From Halorarum halobium (lineage in GTDB: Archaea > Halobacteriota > Halobacteria > Halobacteriales > Haloferacaceae), in contig NZ_CP134951.1 of NCBI RefSeq assembly GCF_032116555.1, positions 176,100 to 196,099 on the forward strand: DNA of 20,000 bases. The letters are read 5' to 3'. Under the pieces are notes generated by a model, which was not told where the DNA came from, did not search any database, and worked only from the letters and a program-made list of their open reading frames with translations. Of the stretch, positions 1 to 8,018 are shown one piece after another; the first letter of the stretch is position 1; each line of letters starts with the position of its first letter. A program made the translations under genes and the position numbers.

Positions 1-185
1 TGCCGACGCCGGTGCAGTACCTCGCGCTGGCGAACCCGCTGACCTACGGCGTCGACGCGCTGCGGGGCGTCCTCATCGGCACGTCGACGTACCCGCTGGC
101 GCTGGATTTCGCCGCGCTCGCCGCCTCCGCGACCGTCATGGTGGCGCTCGGGGCCGCGCTGTTCGAGCGCGTCGAGGCTGTGTAG
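1..185 (+). CDS. ABC-2 type transporter permease, C-terminal fragment (gene begins before the window)
   Basis: Manual translation of frame 3: PTPVQYLALANPLTYGVDALRGVLIG...LGAALFERVEAV*, stop TAG at 183-185. NPLTYGVDALR followed by a last TM helix is typical of ABC-2 permease C-termini. Confidence 0.8.
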   Translation, partial: PTPVQYLALANPLTYGVDALRGVLIGTSTYPLALDFAALAASATVMVALGAALFERVEAV

Positions 186-218
186 CGGGGCCGGACGCGA
201 CAGTCTCGGTTGCGAGGT

Positions 219-234
219 GGGTGGGTGGGTGGGT
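219..234 (+). repeat. (GGGT)4 tandem repeat, canonical G-quadruplex-forming motif
   Basis: GGGTGGGTGGGTGGGT read directly at 219-234, in the gap between two convergent genes. Confidence 0.85.
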
Positions 235-298
235 AAATGCGGAGTGAGCGAGCGCGACACGGTCGGCGAGGGTGTACCGCAGTTGCCGAACTCTCCCC

Positions 299-1207
299 TC
301 AGCCGAACGCGGTGATGACCCCGATTCCGACGACCACGCCGGTCGCGGCGACGCCGAGTTTCCAGGTCACGCGCTCCAGCCTGCTCGGCATGAACAGCGA
401 CGAGAGCACGACGACGAACAGCGTGTTCGTGATGATGACCGGCGTGACGACGCTCACGGGTGCGATCTCCAGGGCGACGTAGTAGCCGACCAGAAACAGC
501 GTGTTCGAGAGCCCCGCGAGCACGAACCAGCGCATGTCGGCCGAGCGGAACGTCGATCGGGCCGGGAGCCCTCCGCGGAACCTGAGATAGAGAACCAGTC
601 CGAGGATGGCGGCGACGGTCTTGACGACCAGGCCGACCGGGGCCGGCGTCCCGGCGGCGAACCCGAACTTGGCGAAGACGGGTTCCATGCCGTACGCGAC
701 CGCCGCGGCGACGGGGATCAGGAGCCCGAGCGAGAGCTCCCGCCGCGAGAGGTCGTCCGGGTTCTCGTGGTTCGTCTCCCACGCGATGACGACGATGCCG
801 ACGACGACGAGCGCGATGCCGACCGCGTGGATCGCGGACAGCGCCTCGTCGAGGAACACGACGCCGGCGACCGTCGAGACGAGCGCCCAGGCGGCGACGA
901 TGGGTGCGGTCCTGCTCGCGCCGATCCGCTCGATGCTGGTGTAGCTCAGGATGCGGCCGAGCATCGTGCCGACCATCCCCGCCGCGGCGAAGGAGAGCCA
1001 CGAGACGGGGGTGAGTCCGTAGTCGGGGTAGTAGAGGACCGCGACCGAGGGCAGGAGGACGAGCACGTTCACCGCGATGACGACGACGACCGCGTCGGTC
1101 GCCCGGCCCTCGTCGGTCCCCTTCCGGACGAAGAGGTTCTGGGCGGCGATGCCGAGCGCCGCCACGAGCGAGACGAGCACGGCGACGAGCGTCGTTACGT
1201 CTACCAT
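299..1207 (-). CDS. EamA/DMT family transporter
   Basis: 302 aa with about 10 hydrophobic segments in two repeats. Motifs 'ERIGASRTAPIV...LDEALS...GIALVVVG' and 'ALEIAPVSVVTPVI...LERVT' match the DMT duplication. Confidence 0.9.
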   Translation of the reverse strand: MVDVTTLVAVLVSLVAALGIAAQNLFVRKGTDEGRATDAVVVVIAVNVLVLLPSVAVLYYPDYGLTPVSWLSFAAAGMVGTMLGRILSYTSIERIGASRTAPIVAAWALVSTVAGVVFLDEALSAIHAVGIALVVVGIVVIAWETNHENPDDLSRRELSLGLLIPVAAAVAYGMEPVFAKFGFAAGTPAPVGLVVKTVAAILGLVLYLRFRGGLPARSTFRSADMRWFVLAGLSNTLFLVGYYVALEIAPVSVVTPVIITNTLFVVVLSSLFMPSRLERVTWKLGVAATGVVVGIGVITAFG

Positions 1208-1313
1208 CGGATGTGTGCGTGAGGTTCGGGTTGTTCCGGTCCGGACATGAGCGGTTCGATTCCGGTGATTTGGCTGCTATGGGTGCATCGCGTTCGGTGG
1301 AGTCCCGGGTGTC

Positions 1314-1809
1314 GTGACGACCGGCTCGAAAGCCCCCGACTGGCTACGCTCCCGCGGCACGCTCTGTGCTCCTCGCGCTCCCTCCGGTCGCGCTGTGGTG
1401 CTTGAGGCGCCGGGGTTCGCGTAGCCAGCCGACCCTTTCAGTCCCACCCACCGCACCTCGCCCTCCCCAGCCTCCTGCGCTCCTCGCCTTCGGCTGCGGT
1501 GCTCGTCCCTCGCACGAGCGGCCGCGCGCCACGTAGCCCGTCCAGCCGAGTGCGGTCGGCGCGCGTGTCGGCGAGCCCCGCAGGGGCGAGCAGACGCGCG
1601 CGAGGGGTGAGCGAGGAGCGGAGCGACGAGCGAATCGGCTGGGGAGGCGTGTGGCTGTGCGGTGCGGTCGTGGTGGGTGGGACTGAAAGGGGCCGGCGCT
1701 CTCGGGGACGGCGGACGACGCAAGCACCACAGCGCGAGCGGAGCGAGCGCGAGGAGCGCAGCGAGGCCCCCGACCCGAGAGCGCCGGGGGCTTTCGAGGC
1801 GTGCGTCAC
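1314..1809. repeat. Composite inverted-repeat element (REP/MITE-like, non-coding): two diverged, oppositely oriented copies of a structured unit
   Basis: Perfect inverted blocks: CTCGAAAGCCCCCG 1325-1338/1785-1798; CCCTTTCAGTCCCACCCACC 1433-1452/1672-1691; CCTCCCCAGCC 1462-1472/1637-1647; a 37-bp block 1368-1404/1721-1757 with 2 mismatches. No credible ORF. Confidence 0.85.
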
Positions 1810-1890
1810 AATGACCGAACCAACTCTCGCGGTCGCCACGAAACATCCCACGCGATACATTCCAACAAGTAACGGAATGTCGACCCAGAA

Positions 1891-2289
1891 TCACTCCCCG
1901 TGCGGAACCGAGAGCACCACGGCCTCCCCGGACACGACCCGCTCGTCGTCGACGAACGCGACCGTCTCCACGCGAACCCGGTCGCCGCCGACGTGTTCGA
2001 CCACCTCCACCTCGGCCCGGACCGTCGCCCCCGGCCGGACCGGGTTCTCGAACGAGAGGTCCTGCGAGAGGTAGATGATGTCGCCCGGGAGCGTCGCCAG
2101 CGCGGCGCTCACCACCCCGGCCGAAAACATCCCGTGGGCGATACGGCCGCCGAACGTCGTCTCCCCGGCGTACGCCTCGTCCAGATGAATGGGGTTGTGG
2201 TCGCCCGTGAGGTCGGCGTAGGCGTCGATGTCGGCGGCGGTGACCGCGCGCTCGGCGCTCGCCGCGTCGCCGACTGCTGCGATGGGCAT
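1891..2289 (-). CDS. maoC: MaoC family dehydratase, (R)-specific enoyl-CoA hydratase (PhaJ-like hot-dog fold)
   Basis: 132 aa from the ATG at 2289 (C-terminal part of track ORF 1891..3300). Hydratase-2 motif 'YADLTGDHNPIHLD...FGGRIAHG' and 'F.NPVRPG'. Confidence 0.92.
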   Translation of the reverse strand: MPIAAVGDAASAERAVTAADIDAYADLTGDHNPIHLDEAYAGETTFGGRIAHGMFSAGVVSAALATLPGDIIYLSQDLSFENPVRPGATVRAEVEVVEHVGGDRVRVETVAFVDDERVVSGEAVVLSVPHGE

Positions 2290-2321
2290 ACTCCCTCCTC
2301 CGCCCCGGCGGCGAAAAACGA

Positions 2322-2338
2322 CCGGGTTAACATGTGAA
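2322..2338. promoter_or_regulatory. Putative transcription-factor operator (copy 1) in the divergent maoC/hydrolase promoter
   Basis: CCGGGTTAACATGTGAA is the exact reverse complement of 8158-8174. Core is the near-palindrome TT(A/C)ACATGT(G/T)AA. Confidence 0.7.
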
Positions 2339-2376
2339 GTGCGCCCTTGAAGGCGGAGCGTCGTGACCACCCGGCC

Positions 2377-3186
2377 ATGCCGAGAGCGGACAACGACGGC
2401 GTGGCGCTCGTCTACGAGGAGCGGGGGCGCGAGGCCGCCGACGCGGGGACCGTCGTCCTCTGTGAGGGGCTGGGCTACGGCCGGTGGATGTGGAACTGGC
2501 AGGCCGAGGCGCTCGCGGACGACTACCACCTCCTCCTCTGGGACAACCGCGGCACCGGGGAGTCCGACGAGCCAGAGGGACCCTACTCCATCCCCGAGAT
2601 GGCGGCCGACCTGGAGGCCGTCCTCGCCGACGCCGGCGTCGACGAGGCGCACGTCGTCGGCGCGAGCATGGGCGGGATGGTCGCCCAGCGCTACGCGCTC
2701 GAGTACGACCGGGCCGCCTCGCTCGCCCTGCTCTGCACCTCGCCGGGCGGTCCCGACGCCCACCCGACGCCCGAGTCCACGATGGCACGGATGCTGTCGG
2801 TGCCCGAGGACGCCGACGAGCGCGAGACCATCCGCTACCGAATGGCCCCCGCGATGACCGACGAGTTCGTCGAGTCCAACGACGCGCTGGTCTCGGACGT
2901 CGTCGACTGGCGGCTGGCCTCGGACGCGTCCGAGGCTGCCCGCGAGGCGCAGGTCGCCGCCGTGGCCGCCTTCGACGCGAGCGACGAACTCGGCGAGGTG
3001 GACGTCCCGGTCCTGCTCGCACACGGCACCGCGGACGAGGTGGTTCCGGTCGAGAACACGGAATTGCTCGCCGAGCGGCTCCCCCACGCGACCGTCGAGT
3101 ACGTCGAGGACGGCCCGCACCTGTTCTTCATCGAGGACGCGGCGCGCGTGAACGACATGCTCTCGACGTTCCTCGCCGATGCGTGA
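2377..3186 (+). CDS. Alpha/beta fold hydrolase (esterase / enol-lactonase-like)
   Basis: ATG at 2377. 'DNRGTGES', nucleophile elbow GASMGG, acid in 'HGTADEVVP', His in 'GPH'. Confidence 0.92.
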   Translation: MPRADNDGVALVYEERGREAADAGTVVLCEGLGYGRWMWNWQAEALADDYHLLLWDNRGTGESDEPEGPYSIPEMAADLEAVLADAGVDEAHVVGASMGGMVAQRYALEYDRAASLALLCTSPGGPDAHPTPESTMARMLSVPEDADERETIRYRMAPAMTDEFVESNDALVSDVVDWRLASDASEAAREAQVAAVAAFDASDELGEVDVPVLLAHGTADEVVPVENTELLAERLPHATVEYVEDGPHLFFIEDAARVNDMLSTFLADA

Positions 3187-4870
3187 GTTCGCGCCGGCCC
3201 CGCCGGCGAACGAGTGGGTGGGCGACTGGAGCGCCCGCCGCGCCCGCCTCTCGCCCGAGAAAGTGGGGCTCGTGGACGCGACGAGCGGCGCGGAGTTCAC
3301 CTACGCCGAACTGGACGAGCGCGCGAACCGGACCGCCCGCCTGCTCCGCGAACGCAGCGTCGACAGGGGCGACCGGGTCGCGGTCGTCTCGCGCAACCGG
3401 CCCGAACTCGTCGACCTGTTCTTCGCGACCGGGAAGCTCGGCGCGGTGCTCGCGCCGCTCTCCCACCGGCTCGCGCCGCCCGAACTCGCCGAACTGCTCG
3501 ACGCCGTCGACGCCGCGCTGCTCGTCGTGGAGGACGAGTTCGCCGACCTCGTGGGCGACGGAGCGGGCGACTCCGGCGGCGAACCGGCGGCCGAGCTCGC
3601 GGCCGGTGACGCCGGCACGCTCCCCGACGGGCTGGTCGTCGGCGACGACGCGGAATCGGTCGCGGGGGCCGCGGCCGACCTCGCGGGCGAGGCGGCCGAC
3701 GACGTGGACGGCTGGGCCGACGCGCTCCCGGCCGACGGCTCCCCGGTCGAGCGCCCCGACGTGGCGATGGACGACCCGCACCTGTTCCTCCACACCGGCG
3801 GCTCGACCGGCGTCCCGAAGGAGACGATCATCCCCCACCGCGCGGTGCTGTGGAACTCGTTCAACACCATCACCGCGTGGGGGCTCCGGCCCGAGGACGC
3901 CACGCCGATGACGTTCCCGATGTTCCACACCGGCGGCTGGAACGTGATCACCGTCCCGCTGTTCCACCTCGGGGGCACCGTCGTCATCGCCCGCGACTTC
4001 GACGCCGGCGAGGTGCTCGGCATCGTGGACGAACGCGACGCGAGCGTCCTCGTCGCCGTCCCGGCGGTGCTGCGGATGATGGCCGACCACGGCGACTGGC
4101 CCGACACGGACCTCTCGTCGCTCCGGGTGGCCAAGTCCGGCGGCGGCCCCTGCCGGGGGTCGGTCATCGACGCCTGGCGCGAGCGCGGCGTCGACCTCTC
4201 GCAGGGGTACGGGCTGACCGAGTGCGGCCCGAACAACTTCTCCATGCCCGACGGCTGGGACCGCGAGAAGACGGACGCGGTCGGCGTGCCCGCGATGCAC
4301 GTCGACGCCCGCGTCGTCGACGGCGACGGCGACCCGCTCCCGGACGGCGAGGTCGGCGAACTCGAACTCTCCGGCCCGCACGCGGCCGACGGCTACTGGC
4401 GGAACCCGGCCGAGAGCGGGGCGACGTTCGGCGCCCGGAGCGACGGCGCCACGGATGGCGATGACGGGTCGGCCGACGCCGGGGGCGACGCGGCCGGGTG
4501 GGTGTCGACGGGCGACCTCGCCCGCGTCGACGCCGACGGCTACTACCACATCGAGGGCCGGGAGAAGAACATGTTCGTCAGCGGCGGCGAGAACGTCTAC
4601 CCGCCCGAGGTTGAGGACGTCCTCGCCGACCACCCGGCCGTCGACGACGTGGTCGTCGTCGGCGTCCCCAACGAGGAGTGGGGGACGGTCGGCCTCGCGG
4701 TCGTCGAGGGCGACGAGTCGCTGACGCTCGCGGCGCTCCGCGAGTTCTGTGACGGCCGGCTGGCGCGGTTCAAACACCCCCGCGACCTGGCGTTCGTCGG
4801 GGGACTCCCCACGTCCGGCCCGTCGAAGATCGATCGCGTGGCGGTGCGGGAACGCTTCGGCGACGGCTAG
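3179..4870 (+). CDS. Acyl-CoA synthetase (AMP-forming, long-chain fatty acid CoA ligase-like)
   Basis: AMP-binding motifs HTGGSTGVPK, GYGLTE, TGD, 'GREKNMFVSGGENVYPPEVE' and C-terminal 'SKIDR'. Overlaps the hydrolase end by 8 bp. Confidence 0.95.
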   Translation: MREFAPAPPANEWVGDWSARRARLSPEKVGLVDATSGAEFTYAELDERANRTARLLRERSVDRGDRVAVVSRNRPELVDLFFATGKLGAVLAPLSHRLAPPELAELLDAVDAALLVVEDEFADLVGDGAGDSGGEPAAELAAGDAGTLPDGLVVGDDAESVAGAAADLAGEAADDVDGWADALPADGSPVERPDVAMDDPHLFLHTGGSTGVPKETIIPHRAVLWNSFNTITAWGLRPEDATPMTFPMFHTGGWNVITVPLFHLGGTVVIARDFDAGEVLGIVDERDASVLVAVPAVLRMMADHGDWPDTDLSSLRVAKSGGGPCRGSVIDAWRERGVDLSQGYGLTECGPNNFSMPDGWDREKTDAVGVPAMHVDARVVDGDGDPLPDGEVGELELSGPHAADGYWRNPAESGATFGARSDGATDGDDGSADAGGDAAGWVSTGDLARVDADGYYHIEGREKNMFVSGGENVYPPEVEDVLADHPAVDDVVVVGVPNEEWGTVGLAVVEGDESLTLAALREFCDGRLARFKHPRDLAFVGGLPTSGPSKIDRVAVRERFGDG

Positions 4871-4942
4871 ACTGGTCGGCGACGCCACGGGCTCACGCCC
4901 GCGCCGTCGACGCCGTCGAGCGGTGATTGGCCGCGGACGGGA

Positions 4943-4996
4943 GAGACGCCGCGGGCAGTCGAGACGCACGGGGCGACCGAGACGTCCCGGGAGGGA
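4943..4996 (+). repeat. Three degenerate 18-bp tandem repeats starting GAGACG
   Basis: gagacgccgcgggcagtc / gagacgcacggggcgacc / gagacgtcccgggaggga at 4943, 4961 and 4979. Confidence 0.5.
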
Positions 4997-5000
4997 CGGC

Positions 5001-5222
5001 CTACGGGTCCCGACGTGACTCCTCGATCCCGGTCAGCGCACGGAACGCGAACATCAGTCCCGGGCCGATCTCGGCGCGGATGGGCGGGAGCGACGGCGAG
5101 TCGTCGGAGCTGATCGAGTGTCCGGTCTCCCTGGCGTGGTCGATGGCGCGCTCGGAGGAGTCGGTTCCCGTCCGGTCGGCCGAATCGCGGCTCGACCACT
5201 CGCAGTCGAGACAGTACTTCAT
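5001..5222 (-). CDS. Small putative zinc-binding protein (CxxC...H...GH), haloarchaeal hypothetical
   Basis: 73 aa: MKYCLDCEW...AIDHARETGHSI gives a C2H2-like ligand set resembling small haloarchaeal zinc-finger proteins. Confidence 0.7.
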   Translation of the reverse strand: MKYCLDCEWSSRDSADRTGTDSSERAIDHARETGHSISSDDSPSLPPIRAEIGPGLMFAFRALTGIEESRRDP

Positions 5223-5527
5223 TCGGACGCGGCGTCGTTGCGGGCGTCTTCGAGCGGGTCGATGGCCTCCGGTAACGACGCACGGTCCGTCCGGTTCGGG
5301 TCCGTCGGGCCTGCGGGCTCGCGGACGGTCGTCGCGGACGGCGGCGTGCCGTCCGCCTGGGGGGTCTGGCCGGAACGGTCCACATCACGCGTTCCGCGCG
5401 CTATCGGTTAAGGGCGGGGAAAAATCTCTCGGCGCAGCCGCTGAACGGAAGGCCGAATCCGTGCGGAGTCGTCGAGTCGTGGCTCGAACCGGCAGTCACC
5501 CCGTTCGAGCGGGCGGGCGGGAGCGAG

Positions 5528-5875
5528 TCACGCGGTCTCGGCCTCGGTCACCCCTCGAACCGTCCTCAGGACGGAGACCGCGCGGTCGAACACGGGACCG
5601 GTCCGGACGCTGTCGTCCGCCGGGTCGTGTTCCACGACCGCCGCGTCGGCCAGTTTGGGGAGGTGGTTGTGGTGGATCCGGATCCTGACCGAGTGGAGTT
5701 GTTCGGTCGAGAGCTCCCGAATCGGGGTCTCGTGGAGCCGCTTGGCCACGTGTTCGACCAGCGTCGAGACCGGGAGGGCCCGGTCGACTTCGTCGAGCAC
5801 TTCGAGGAGGTGCCGCCGCTGGGCGGTGTCGAGCAGCCGGTGCAGGTCGTCGACCTGACGTGGCCCTTCGACCAT
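5528..5875 (-). CDS. Small haloarchaeal winged-helix-like protein (DUF7344-like)
   Basis: 115 aa with 'RRHLLEVL...HHNHLPKLADAAVVEHD', typical of this widespread haloarchaeal family. Confidence 0.8.
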   Translation of the reverse strand: MVEGPRQVDDLHRLLDTAQRRHLLEVLDEVDRALPVSTLVEHVAKRLHETPIRELSTEQLHSVRIRIHHNHLPKLADAAVVEHDPADDSVRTGPVFDRAVSVLRTVRGVTEAETA

Positions 5876-5920
5876 ACCGTATCGAGCCGGCCCGGCCGGA
5901 GGAACCCTCGCCCTGAAATT

Positions 5921-6604
5921 TCAGTCGTTTATCCCGGAGACCGGCGTGTCCTCCGAGGGCGGGGCGATCGTGAGCGCGTTGGCGATCCAGGTCTGGTTGG
6001 CCCGTCGCAGCCGCCCCGACAGCGACTGGGCCGAGATGCCCAGCTCGTCCGCCACCTCCGTCAGCGTCGCCTCGCGGGGCGTCTCGAAGTAGCCCGCCTC
6101 CCAGGCGGTGACGAGCGCGTCGTGCTGCTTCTGGGTCAGCCCGTACTTGACGCCGCTCTGCGGGTTCGAGATGTCGTAGAGCCGGCGGAGTTCGAACGAG
6201 ATCTCGTTCGCCTGGCAGTACTCGCGGAAGTCGGTGAGCCGTTCGTGGCTGTCGAAGCGGATGCGGAGCTCCCACTGGTCGTTCTCGCCTTTCGCCTCGA
6301 GGATGGTCGCGCCGACGTTCGTGTAGGCGTACGCGATCGCCTCCGTGTTCTCGGTCCACTCGGCCCGGTAGAGCGCGGACTCGTCGAACTCGTCGAGCTT
6401 CCGGAGGCGCTGGACCGACGGGTCCTCCGCGACCGCCGCCTCGAACGCGTCGAACTCCGTGACCGAGACCCAGAAGTACGGGGTGAGCAGTTCGCGGCTC
6501 GCGACGACGCGCTCGATGTCGATGACGGCGTCGGGGACCGACTGCAGGGTCCGGTTGAGCGCGAACGCGTCCGAGGGGACGAGGAACTCGCCGAAGAGAG
6601 TCAC
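5921..6604 (-). CDS. Bacterio-opsin activator (Bat)-like HTH_10 transcriptional regulator
   Basis: Likely GTG start at 6604 (VTLFGEFLVPSDAFAL). C-terminal 'LTQKQHDALVTAWEAGYFETPREATLTEVADELGISAQSLSGRLRRA' is an HTH_10 signature. Confidence 0.9.
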   Translation of the reverse strand: MTLFGEFLVPSDAFALNRTLQSVPDAVIDIERVVASRELLTPYFWVSVTEFDAFEAAVAEDPSVQRLRKLDEFDESALYRAEWTENTEAIAYAYTNVGATILEAKGENDQWELRIRFDSHERLTDFREYCQANEISFELRRLYDISNPQSGVKYGLTQKQHDALVTAWEAGYFETPREATLTEVADELGISAQSLSGRLRRANQTWIANALTIAPPSEDTPVSGIND

Positions 6605-6835
6605 GGCTCCAGTTCGGCGTCGACCGACAAAAACTGCCGGGCGGGCCGGCCGCCTCGGCGACGAGCCTCGGACCTCAGGCGACGCGATTCGGCGGCTTCG
6701 CGGGCCACGCGTGCCGACGATGGCACACGACCCGGCGGAACTACCGGCAATAGTTACAGACTGTTCGCCGTGGACGGAACCGTAAACCGTATTACCGGCC
6801 CAACGAGAGGTTCGCGCCAACCCGAGTGAACGACC

Positions 6836-7537
6836 GTGTTAGATGTCACAATGGACGTGGAGCAGTACGACTGCCCGTTCATCGACGCCACGGAGGAGCA
6901 CGGGGTGGCGTTCTCCGCGGTCCACTGGGAATTCGACACGGCGACCGAGTCGCTCGAGACCCGGATGGTCGTCGAGGGCGAGGACCGGCACGAGCTCGCG
7001 TCGGGGCTCACCGAACTCCGGGACCACGAGACGCTGGGCGACTACTCGCTGCTCTCGAAGGCCGACGGCGTCGCCCACATTCGCACGATCATCGACCAGA
7101 CGGCGGCGATGGAGACGATCCGCGAGGGCGGCGGCTACATCACCGGCCCGTTCTACATCGCCGACGGGAGCGAGATGTGGCACGTCGGCTTCGACGACCG
7201 CGGCGAGGCCGACGGGACGCTCTCGCGGCTCGACCGCGACAACGAGTACGAGATCGTCGAGCGGCGCGAGCCCGACATGCCCGAACTCCAGGGGTTCGTC
7301 CAGAACGTGGGGGCGGCGATGACGCTCATCGAGGGCTGTCAGGACCTCTCGCCGGTCGAGCGCGAGACGCTGGAGACGGCGGCCTCCGAGGGCTACTTCG
7401 AGAGCCCGCGCTCGGCGACGCTGGGGACGCTCGCGGAGCGGTTCGACGTCTCGAAGCCCGCGGTGTCGAAGAATCTCCGGCGAGGCCAGCGGAAGATGCT
7501 CGAACGCGTCGTCGAGGCGATGGGCGAACTGGAGTAG
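6836..7537 (+). CDS. Bat-like HTH_10 transcriptional regulator; candidate regulator of the acyl-CoA cluster
   Basis: 233 aa. N-terminal 'QYDCPFI' putative sensor region; C-terminal 'LSPVERETLETAASEGYFESPRSATLGTLAERFDVSKPAVSKNLRRG'. Confidence 0.9.
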   Translation: MLDVTMDVEQYDCPFIDATEEHGVAFSAVHWEFDTATESLETRMVVEGEDRHELASGLTELRDHETLGDYSLLSKADGVAHIRTIIDQTAAMETIREGGGYITGPFYIADGSEMWHVGFDDRGEADGTLSRLDRDNEYEIVERREPDMPELQGFVQNVGAAMTLIEGCQDLSPVERETLETAASEGYFESPRSATLGTLAERFDVSKPAVSKNLRRGQRKMLERVVEAMGELE

Positions 7538-7583
7538 CCGGTCGTCCCCCTGGTCTCACGGCTCCCCCGGCCCCGCCGCGTCG

Positions 7584-8018
7584 TCACCGCGGCTCCTCCG
7601 CCAGTTCGATGCCGTCCCGGTACTCCTCGAACGCGTGGTCGAGCTCCCGCTTGATCGCGTCCCGTTCGGCCTCCGACAGCTCCCGGCCCTCCTCGGCGGC
7701 CAGGATTCCGCGCGCGAGCAGCTCGTTGCTCATCCGCATCGACGGCCCGGCGAAGTTCGTCGAGAGGTCCTGCCGGTCGCGTGCCATTTGGTTCCAGACG
7801 CCGCCCTCGGTGTAGAGGTAGGTGAACGCCAGCGTCCCGGCGCCAATGACGCCGATGAGCGGCCAGGCGTACTCGCCGTGCCCGTACTGCCGAAGCGTCA
7901 GCGTGGCCGTCGAGATCCCTGTCAGCCCGAGCATCGCCAGCCGAATCATCCCCGACACGCCGTCCACCCTCGCCAGCCAGCGGGCGGCGAGCCGGACCCA
8001 CCATCTGTTCGCTGTCAT
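7584..8018 (-). CDS. Hypothetical membrane protein (2 TM helices, charged C-terminal tail)
   Basis: 144 aa from the ATG at 8018. Two hydrophobic stretches and an acidic helical tail. TATA-like TTTTTAT lies 30-36 nt upstream on the minus strand (8048-8054). Confidence 0.7.
   Translation of the reverse strand: MTANRWWVRLAARWLARVDGVSGMIRLAMLGLTGISTATLTLRQYGHGEYAWPLIGVIGAGTLAFTYLYTEGGVWNQMARDRQDLSTNFAGPSMRMSNELLARGILAAEEGRELSEAERDAIKRELDHAFEEYRDGIELAEEPR

Noticed and set aside
1314..1809. CRISPR array or autonomous IS
   Set aside because: No direct repeat-spacer periodicity, no cas or transposase ORF, and no clear target-site duplication.
1277..2074. Several ORFs over the inverted-repeat element (1277..1894, 1344..1730, 1438..1860, 1499..2074)
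   Set aside because: Arg/Pro/Ser-rich, not acidic, no motifs; by-products of the GC-rich repeat.
2290..3300. Apparent long N-terminal extension of MaoC (469-aa ORF)
   Set aside because: It is the antisense shadow of the hydrolase gene; the MaoC domain starts at the ATG at 2289.
6838..6850. TTAGATGTCACA as a third operator copy at the regulator start
   Set aside because: Too many mismatches to the TTNACATGTNAA dyad, and explained by coding sequence.
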